Part shown: positions 56,988-64,000 of the stretch, piece after piece
How positions within the stretch are numbered: position 1 is the stretch's first letter
Layout of the letters: every line of letters begins with the position of its first letter
NCBI GenBank assembly: GCA_016201135.1
Contig: JACQDK010000073.1
Coordinates: 2,416-66,415 of the forward strand
Origin: Actinomycetota bacterium
GTDB taxonomy: Bacteria; Actinomycetota; UBA4738; HRBIN12
Length of the DNA: 64,000 nucleotides
Reading direction: 5' to 3'
Position numbers and translations under genes: made by a program
The notes under the pieces: generated by a model
What the model saw: the letters and a program-made list of their open reading frames with translations, nothing else
Database searches by the model: none
Told to the model about the DNA's origin: nothing

Positions 56988-58151
56988 CTATTCGTAGGCG
57001 CGGAGGCCGGTGAGGGCCTCACCGACGATCAGCGTGTGGATCTCGTTGGTGCCCTCGTACGTGAGGACCGACTCGAGGTTGTTCATGTGGCGGATCACCG
57101 GGTACTCGAGCGTTATGCCCGAGGCACCAAGGATCGAGCGGGCCTCGCGGGCGATCTTCAGGGCTTCCCGCACGTTGTTGAGCTTGCCGTAGCTCACCTG
57201 CTGGGGCTGGAGCCGGCCCTCGTCCTTGAGCCGGCCCAGGTGCAGCGCGAGCAGGAGGCCCTTCTCAAGCTCGACCGACATGGCGGCGAGCTTGCGCTGC
57301 GTGAGCTGGAACGCGCCTATCGGCTTGCCCCACTGCACCCGGGTCTTGGAGTACTCGAGCGCGCACTCGAAGCACGCCCGCGCCGCGCCCAGAGCCCCCC
57401 AGACGATCCCGAAGCGCGCCTCGGTCAGGCACGACAGCGTCCCCTTCATGCCGGTGACGCCCGGCAGGACCGCCTCCTGCGGCAGGCGGACGTCGTCGAG
57501 CACCAGCTCGCTCGTCACGCTCGCGCGGAGCGAGAGCTTGCGGTGGATGTCGTTCGCGGCGAAGCCGGGGGAATCGGTGGGCACCAAGAACCCGCGGATC
57601 CCCTCGCCGGTCTGCGCCCACACGATCGCGAGGTCGGCGATCCCGCCGTTGGTGATCCACATCTTCGTGCCGGACACGATCCAGTCCGAGCCGTCGCGCC
57701 GGGCCGAGGTCCTCATGTTCGCAGGGTCGCTCCCGAAGTCCGGCTCCGTCAGGCCGAAGCAGCCGATCGCCTCGCCGGCCGCCATGCGAGGCAGCCACTC
57801 CTTCTTCTGCTCCTCGCTGCCGTGCTTCCAGATCGGGAACATTGAGAGCGAGCCCTGGACCGAGACGAACGAGCGGAATCCTGAGTCCCCGGCCTCGAGC
57901 TCCAGGCACGCGAGGCCGTAGCTCACCGCGTCCGCGCCCAGGCACCCGTAGCCTGAGAGGTGCATCCCGAGCAGCCCGAGCGCCCCGAGCTCCTTCGCGA
58001 TCTCCTTCGGGAACTCGCCGCGCTCGAACCAACCTTCGATGCCCGGCAGGACGTTCGCGTCGACCCACTCGCGCACGAGGTCGCGGATCTGGCGCTGCTC
58101 GTCCGAGAGCAGACGGTCGACGTCCAGCGGGTCGCGCGGGTCGATCGGCAT
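56988..58151 (-). CDS. Acyl-CoA dehydrogenase (glutaryl-CoA dehydrogenase-like)
   Basis: CFGLTEPDFGSD, KMWITNG, YEGT. Confidence 0.92.
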   Translation of the reverse strand: MPIDPRDPLDVDRLLSDEQRQIRDLVREWVDANVLPGIEGWFERGEFPKEIAKELGALGLLGMHLSGYGCLGADAVSYGLACLELEAGDSGFRSFVSVQGSLSMFPIWKHGSEEQKKEWLPRMAAGEAIGCFGLTEPDFGSDPANMRTSARRDGSDWIVSGTKMWITNGGIADLAIVWAQTGEGIRGFLVPTDSPGFAANDIHRKLSLRASVTSELVLDDVRLPQEAVLPGVTGMKGTLSCLTEARFGIVWGALGAARACFECALEYSKTRVQWGKPIGAFQLTQRKLAAMSVELEKGLLLALHLGRLKDEGRLQPQQVSYGKLNNVREALKIAREARSILGASGITLEYPVIRHMNNLESVLTYEGTNEIHTLIVGEALTGLRAYE

Positions 58152-58205
58152 CGCCCGAAAGCCTAGCGGGTGGATCGGCCGGTGCGATCGCGGTGCGGGC
58201 GCCGA

Positions 58206-59591
58206 TCAGCCCGGGAGAGGCACCTCCGGCACGCCGGCCATGCTCTCGGCGACGTCCTCCTCGCGGAACTCGACCTCGGGCAGGCGGCCGTTCAGGTAGT
58301 CGTCGTAGGCCTGCATGTCGAAGTTCCCATGGCCCGACAGGCCGAACAGGATCACGCGCTCCTCTCCCGCCTCGCGCGCCGCGATCGCCTCGTCGATCGC
58401 GCCCTTCACGGCATGGGCCGACTCCGGCGCCGGAACGATGCCCTCGGTGTGAGCGAACCTGAGCGCTGCCTCGAACACGGCGTTCTGGGTGTAGGCCGCG
58501 GCCTGCATGTGGCCGTGCTTGACCAGGAGCGAGAGCGACGGCGAGTCGCCGTGGTAGCGAAGGCCCCCGGCGTGCACCGGGGCGGGCACGAACCCATGAC
58601 CGAGCGTGTACATCGGCATCAGCGGGGTCATCTTCCCGGTGTCGGCGAAGTCGTAGCGGAACTCGCCCCTCGTGAGCGTGGGACAGGCCGCGGGCTCGGT
58701 CGCGAGGAACCGCATGTTCGGCGTGACCCCGCGCAGGCGATCTGCCATGAACGGGTAGGCAAGGCCGGCGTAGTTCGACCCGCCACCCACGCAGCCGATC
58801 ACGACGTCGGGCACGTCGCCGGCAAGCTCCATCTGGGCCTTGGCCTCCAGCCCGATCACCGTCTGGTGCAGCAGCACGTGGTTCAGCACCGAGCCGAGCG
58901 AGTACCGCACGGCCCCGCCAGAGGTCGCCGCCACCTCGACGGCCTCGCTGATCGCGATGCCGAGCGAGCCGGTGGAGTCCGGGTGGGCCTCGAGGACCGC
59001 CTTGCCCGCCTGCGTGGTGGCAGAGGGCGAGGGGATCACCTCTGCGCCGAAGGTCTCCATGAAGATCCGCCGATAGGGCTTCTGCTCGTACGAGGCCTTC
59101 ACCATGAAGACCTGGCAGTCGATCCCGAAGAACTTGCACGCCATCGAGAGCGCGGAGCCCCACTGGCCCGCGCCGGTCTCGGTCGCGATGCGCTTGGTGC
59201 CGGCCTCCTTGTTGTAGTAGGCCTGCGCGACCGCGGTGTTCGGCTTGTGCGATCCGGCCGGCGAGACTCCCTCGTACTTGAAGTAGATCCGCGCCGGCGT
59301 CCCCAGCGCCTGCTCCAGGCGGGCCGCGCGGTGAAGCGGCGAGGGCCTCCACAGGCGGTAGACGTCGAGCACGCCGCCCGGGATGTCGATCCACTCGTCG
59401 GTGGAGACCTCCTGCATGATCAGCGACTCGGGGAAGAGCGCCGAAAGCAGGTCGGGCGTGACCGGCTCGAGGGTGCCCGGGTGAAGGGGCGGCAGCGCCT
59501 GGATCCCGGAGCCGGCGATCGCCGGCATCAGGTTGAACCACGCGGTGGGGAGCTGCTCCTGAGTGAGGTCGAAGCGGGTGCGGTCGCTCAT
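58206..59591 (-). CDS. trpB2: TrpB-like PLP enzyme (TrpB2)
   Basis: [26 protein letters not shown]. Confidence 0.92.
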   Translation of the reverse strand: MSDRTRFDLTQEQLPTAWFNLMPAIAGSGIQALPPLHPGTLEPVTPDLLSALFPESLIMQEVSTDEWIDIPGGVLDVYRLWRPSPLHRAARLEQALGTPARIYFKYEGVSPAGSHKPNTAVAQAYYNKEAGTKRIATETGAGQWGSALSMACKFFGIDCQVFMVKASYEQKPYRRIFMETFGAEVIPSPSATTQAGKAVLEAHPDSTGSLGIAISEAVEVAATSGGAVRYSLGSVLNHVLLHQTVIGLEAKAQMELAGDVPDVVIGCVGGGSNYAGLAYPFMADRLRGVTPNMRFLATEPAACPTLTRGEFRYDFADTGKMTPLMPMYTLGHGFVPAPVHAGGLRYHGDSPSLSLLVKHGHMQAAAYTQNAVFEAALRFAHTEGIVPAPESAHAVKGAIDEAIAAREAGEERVILFGLSGHGNFDMQAYDDYLNGRLPEVEFREEDVAESMAGVPEVPLPG

Positions 59592-59648
59592 GGGAAGGCC
59601 CTCCTGGGATGGTGAGGGCGCGAGCCTACCGGGAAGCCGGACCGCTGG

Positions 59649-60973
59649 CTAGACCCCGTGATCGTCTGCCGACAGGTGCCAGCGGCGCGGCGCGATCAGG
59701 GCATCGGCCTCCGGCGGCCCCCAGGAACCGAAACCGTAAGGGACCACCTGCCCCGGATGATCGAGCACGGGCTCCAATACCTCCCAGGCCCGCTCCACGC
59801 CGTCCTGGCGGATGAAGAGGGTGCGGTCGCCTCGCATCACCTCGAGGAGGAGCGTCTCGTAGGCCTCCATCAGCCCGGAGCCGAACTCCTCCTCGTAGTC
59901 GAAGTCCATCGTGACCCGGCCGAGCTCGAGCCCGAGCCCGGGTCGCTTCGCGTTCATCGCGATCGTGATCCCCTCGTTCGGCTGGATGCGGATCGTGAGG
60001 TGGTCCCTCCGGGGCAGACCCGCCTCGGTGCCGCGGAAGACGTTGAAGGGAACCTTCCGAAACTTGAGGGTGATCTCGGATGCCTTGGCGCCCAGACCCT
60101 TGCCCGTGCGCAGGAAGAAAGGCACCCCGGCCCAGCGCCAGTTGTCGATCTCGAGCTCGAGCGCCGCGAAGGTCTCGACGTTCGAGTCGCCGGAAACCCC
60201 TTGCTCCTGCCGGTATCCCTCGTACTGCCCCCGGACCAGTCGTGCGGGATCGCACAGCTGCGCCGCGCGGAGCACCTTGACGGTCTCGTCGCGCAGCCGG
60301 TCCGGCTCGAACGAGACCGGCGGCTCCATCGCGAGGAACGTCAGCATCTGGAAGAGGTGCGTCGAGACCATGTCTCGGATCGTGCCGGTCTGCTCGTAGA
60401 ACGCGCCGCGGCCCTCGATGCCTATCGACTCCGCCACCGTGATCTGAACGTGGTCGAATCGAACACCTCGTGGATCTGGGCGTTCAGCTCGCGCGCCGTC
60501 GCCGTGTCCCGGCCGAACGGCTTCTCGAAGACGATCCGCGAACCCTCGGCCAGCCCGGTCTCCCCGATCCGCGCCACGATGTCGGGGTAAGCGGCCGGAG
60601 GCGTGGCGGCGTAGAAGAGCCGGTTGCCCGACGTGCCGTGCCGGGCATCGGTCTCCTCCAGCACCGCGACGATGTGGTCCATGGCTCCGGGGTCGGAGAA
60701 CTCCCCCGGCACGTACCTCAGGCGCCGGGAGAACTCCGCCCACGCCTCGGCCTCGGGCGCCCCCCGGCCGAACGTGCGCAGGTCCTCGTGCGCCGCCTCG
60801 CGGAACCCGTCGTCGCTCTCGGCGGTGCGCGAGTACCCGATGATCGAGAACCCGTCTGCCAGCAGTCCCTCCAGGAAAAGGTTGTAGAAGGCCGGTAGCA
60901 GCTTGCGCCGGGTGAGGTCGCCGGAGGCGCCGAAGATCACGATCGCCTGGGGCGGCACCTTGGGGGCGGCCAT
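59649..60973 (-). pseudogene. zwf: Glucose-6-phosphate dehydrogenase disrupted by an internal deletion
   Basis: ...IHEVFD joins out of frame to DHVQITVAE near 60460; the RIDHYLGKE segment is missing. Confidence 0.85.
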
Positions 60974-61308
60974 CAGCCCTCCCCGGCCGGCTCGGTCGTG
61001 ACCTCGATCCAGCCGCCTTCCTCTCGTGCGACGAACACCGGCAGGGGATCCGCGGCCGGGCCCTCGACGGGCTCGCCCGTCTCCACGTCGAAGACGCTCG
61101 CGTGACAGGGACATTCCACGGTGGCCTTCCTGTCGTCGAGCTTGCCCTCGGCCAGGGAGCATCCCGAGTGCGTGCACTCGTCACCGAACGCGAAGAGCCG
61201 GTGCTCGATGTGAGCGATTGCGACGCGACCCGAAGGCGTGTCGTAGGCGCGAACCTCGCCCTCGGGGATCTCGGCGAGCGCCGCGATCCGGATGAACTCC
61301 ACGGGCAC
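60973..61308 (-). CDS. Rieske ferredoxin
   Basis: CTH...CPCH. Confidence 0.9.
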   Translation of the reverse strand: MPVEFIRIAALAEIPEGEVRAYDTPSGRVAIAHIEHRLFAFGDECTHSGCSLAEGKLDDRKATVECPCHASVFDVETGEPVEGPAADPLPVFVAREEGGWIEVTTEPAGEG

Positions 61309-61374
61309 CTCCCGGCGGGACGGACCCCTAACGGTACCCTTCCCGGCGCCATCGGGCGGCGAGGTCTGGGCCGG

Positions 61375-62037
61375 TCAGGCGGGTCGGTGCAGCGCCGACC
61401 AACCTCGCTGGAGCGCCGTGATCCCACCGAGCGCCGCGAGCAACACGAGAGCCGGCAGCATGGCCCCCGGCACGGCGAGGCCCAGGATCAGGGCTATGAA
61501 CCGCTCGAGCCTCTGGAAGAGCCCCTCCGAGAGCGCCATGCCCGCGGCCTCTGCCTCGGCGCGGACGTGGCTCACCAGCAGGCTCACCACCAGCGTCGCC
61601 AGCGCGAGCGCGGCTTCGAGCTCGCGGCCAGTTCCGGCCAGGTACCAGAACAGGCAGGAGAACAGGATCGTGTCCGATACCCGGTCGAGCACGGAGTCCA
61701 GGAACGCTCCAGATCGCTTCGACTCGCCCCGGTGACGCGCGACCGAGCCGTCGAACACGTCGGCCATGCCGGCGCCGAGCAGCAGCACCGCGGCCGCGAA
61801 CCAGTTGCCCTCGAGGATCTGCCACCCGGTGAGCACGTTGAGGAGCAACGAGATCAGGGTGAGCTGCCATGCGCGGACGCCCGTCCAAAGGAGGAGGGCG
61901 AGGAGCGCCCGGTAGGGCCAGGCGAAGAGCCGCTGCATCGTTCCGCCGGTCGCGCTCTCGCTCCTCCGCGGGGCCGGCATGTCGCGGACCCGTGGCAGCT
62001 CGCGCTCCTCGTGACCGGGTCCGGTCGCGTCGCTCAT
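61375..62037 (-). CDS. CDP-alcohol phosphatidyltransferase family protein
   Basis: DVFDGSVAR...GAFLDSVLDR. Confidence 0.9.
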   Translation of the reverse strand: MSDATGPGHEERELPRVRDMPAPRRSESATGGTMQRLFAWPYRALLALLLWTGVRAWQLTLISLLLNVLTGWQILEGNWFAAAVLLLGAGMADVFDGSVARHRGESKRSGAFLDSVLDRVSDTILFSCLFWYLAGTGRELEAALALATLVVSLLVSHVRAEAEAAGMALSEGLFQRLERFIALILGLAVPGAMLPALVLLAALGGITALQRGWSALHRPA

Positions 62038-62044
62038 CGGAGCC

Positions 62045-62587
62045 TCACCCGGTCGCGCGGGGCTCGAAACCGACCACCACGTAGCGGAAGCTGCCGCCGG
62101 GCGCCTCGTACAGGACCTCGTCGCCGACGGCGGCGCCCAGCAGGGCCGAGCCGAGGGGCGAGGACGTGGTTATCGTGCGCGCGTTCGGAGCCCTCTCCTC
62201 CGCGTGCTCGGCGAGCAGGTAGGCCTCGTCGTCTGGATCGTCCTCGTCGAGCGGGCGGATCGTCACAAGCATGCCTGGGCCGACCGCATCCGCCGCCGCC
62301 GGCGCCTCGACGATGTCGGGGTCCCGCAGCATGTGCTGGAGCTTGCGGATCCTGGACTCCATCAATCCCTGCTCGTTCTTCGCGGCGTCGTACTCCGCGT
62401 TCTCGCGGATGTCGCCGTGCTCGCGAGCCGCCTTCAGGCGCTCGGAGATGTGCTGGCGGCCCGCGGTGGTGAGCTCATCGAGCTCGGCCTTCAGCCGCAG
62501 ATAGGCGTCGAGCGTGAGCGTGGCCGTCGGGTCGTGGCCGGGCTTTCGTTCCGGACGGTTCCGCAGCTCTTCGGGCAGATCCACCAT
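62045..62587 (-). CDS. greA: GreA/GreB transcription elongation factor
   Basis: HGDIRENAEYDAAK, SPLGSALLG. Confidence 0.9.
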   Translation of the reverse strand: MVDLPEELRNRPERKPGHDPTATLTLDAYLRLKAELDELTTAGRQHISERLKAAREHGDIRENAEYDAAKNEQGLMESRIRKLQHMLRDPDIVEAPAAADAVGPGMLVTIRPLDEDDPDDEAYLLAEHAEERAPNARTITTSSPLGSALLGAAVGDEVLYEAPGGSFRYVVVGFEPRATG

Positions 62588-62810
62588 GATCGCGAGTGTA
62601 CCCAGGCGCCGGGGCGCGACGCGCGGGGGCGATCCGCCCGGCCGATGCTAAAGGTCGCCGCGGGCATGCCGAACCCCTCAGGAGGAAGGGCGCCCAGAGC
62701 GCCCTCCCGGTTCCGGAGGTCCGGCGGCGCCGGAAGAGAGACCACCAGGTCTCCGGATCCCATGGGAAGGACCGGGCAAAGAGCCCGGAGTCGAAGGGAG
62801 GGCCTTCGCC

Positions 62811-64000
62811 ATGTTCCGTTCGATCCCCGGCGCGCTCCGCCGCGCCATCATCCTCGTGACGGTCGGGGCGCTCTCGACCGTCCTCGCCGCTCCCGCAGCG
62901 ATGGCAGCCGGCGGCTCCCCGACCGCGCCCGAGCGGGCGATCACCCTCGCGAGCCCGGGGGTGGTGTTCCTCGACACGGCCGTGTCGGTGAAGGTCGTGC
63001 TCACGTACTCGAAGTCCAGCAACCTGTCGGGTCTCGGGCACGCGAACGGGCGGTACTCGTTCGACTACGCGACCGGAAGCGGGTTCGTCGTGAACCCCGA
63101 CGGCGTCGTCGTGACGGCCAGCCACGTCGTCGAGCCCGACGAGCAACAGATGCGGAACTACGCCGCGAACCAGCTCATCCTGAAGGGGCTCGGTTACAGC
63201 TACCCGGGAAACGGCAGCCCGTTCGAGCAGTACACGCTGCCGGTGAGCTTCTTCAACGTCTTGCTGCAGCAGTGCTACAAGGGCGTCGTGTGCGACTTCA
63301 CGATCACGCCCAGCGTGACCGTGTACTCCGCGGTCGACATCGCACAGACCCAGCTGCCGAGCGGCGCGCCGGCACGGATCCTCACCTCGACCGGGTTCCA
63401 GAACACGGACGTGGCGGTGCTCCAGGTCAACGGTTCGAACATGCCCACGGTGCCGCTCGCAGGGACCGCGGCGGACCTCACCAGCGGCGACGAGATCACG
63501 GCGCTCGGATTCCCCGGCTCATCGCGGGACGCTCTCGAGACGGGCGTCACGCAGCCGACGAAGGTCTTCGGCCACGTGAGCGACATCCGGCCCCAGGGCA
63601 CGAGCGACCTCATCGAGGTGGACGCGAACATCCAGCCCGGCATGAGCGGCGGTCCGGTGATCGACGCCCGGGGTGATGTGGTCGGGCTCGTCTCGTTCGC
63701 CCTCCTACAGTCGAGCGGAGCGGCAGGCTCGAAGTACCTGCGCACCGTGGACGACATCAAGGCCGCCCTGTCGGCCGCCGGCGTCACGGCCGCTCGCGGG
63801 CCAACGGACACCGCCTTCTCGAAGGCGATGAACCTGTTCTGGGCCCATCACTACACGGCCTCGATCCCCGAGTTGAATCGGGTGCTGGGCCTGTACGACG
63901 GACAACCCCTCGCGAAGGAGTACCTGGCCCAGGCGGAGGCCAAGCGTGGAACGGTGGCCGACGTCCCGCTCGCCTCGGGCGGAGGGTTCCCGATCTGGAT
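62811..64000 (+). CDS. Secreted trypsin-like serine protease (runs off the window)
   Basis: Not in ORF track; signal peptide, TGSGF, TASHV, DVAVL, PGMSGGP. Confidence 0.85.
   Translation, partial: MFRSIPGALRRAIILVTVGALSTVLAAPAAMAAGGSPTAPERAITLASPGVVFLDTAVSVKVVLTYSKSSNLSGLGHANGRYSFDYATGSGFVVNPDGVVVTASHVVEPDEQQMRNYAANQLILKGLGYSYPGNGSPFEQYTLPVSFFNVLLQQCYKGVVCDFTITPSVTVYSAVDIAQTQLPSGAPARILTSTGFQNTDVAVLQVNGSNMPTVPLAGTAADLTSGDEITALGFPGSSRDALETGVTQPTKVFGHVSDIRPQGTSDLIEVDANIQPGMSGGPVIDARGDVVGLVSFALLQSSGAAGSKYLRTVDDIKAALSAAGVTAARGPTDTAFSKAMNLFWAHHYTASIPELNRVLGLYDGQPLAKEYLAQAEAKRGTVADVPLASGGGFPIW

Noticed and set aside
62660..62720. c-di-AMP (ydaO) riboswitch-like start GCCGAAC
   Set aside because: The downstream conserved GGGGAACC and GGGGTGAATC elements are absent.
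1..64000. CRISPR array, rRNA or integron cassette array
   Set aside because: No regularly spaced repeats, rRNA signatures or recurring attC-like sites were seen.

Overview
High-GC, actinobacterial-looking genomic DNA in three parts. (1) 1-3.8 kb is the tail of a defence/mobile element: a partial AbiEi-type antitoxin, an AEP-primase/SF2-helicase fusion and an IS3 remnant. It ends at a recombinase-type att half-site. (2) About 3.8-27.8 kb is a heavy-metal/redox cargo island, bounded by two homologous 88-bp segments that encode a recombinase-like C-terminal peptide; the right one contains a 52-bp palindromic att site. The cargo includes a predicted rhodanese-CBS selenoprotein (in-frame UGA plus SECIS-like hairpin), arsR-merB-merA, an extra intact zwf, a BlaI/BlaR(M56) pair with five candidate operators, two TlpA-like proteins plus CcdA, a Cys-tailed ECF sigma factor, and three unrecognised proteins sharing a 19-residue helical repeat. 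Decayed IS481/LuxR fragments follow. (3) About 29-64 kb is mostly housekeeping: peptidases, a histidine kinase, MFS, a group-2 sigma factor, WS/DGAT, an AguB-like hydrolase, two apparently circularly permuted alkaline-phosphatase-family paralogs, a Zur/ZnuBC locus, trpB2, a zwf copy broken by an internal deletion, greA and a trypsin-like protease. No rRNA, intact tRNA or CRISPR array was seen. All product calls come from motif recognition by eye; no database search was run.
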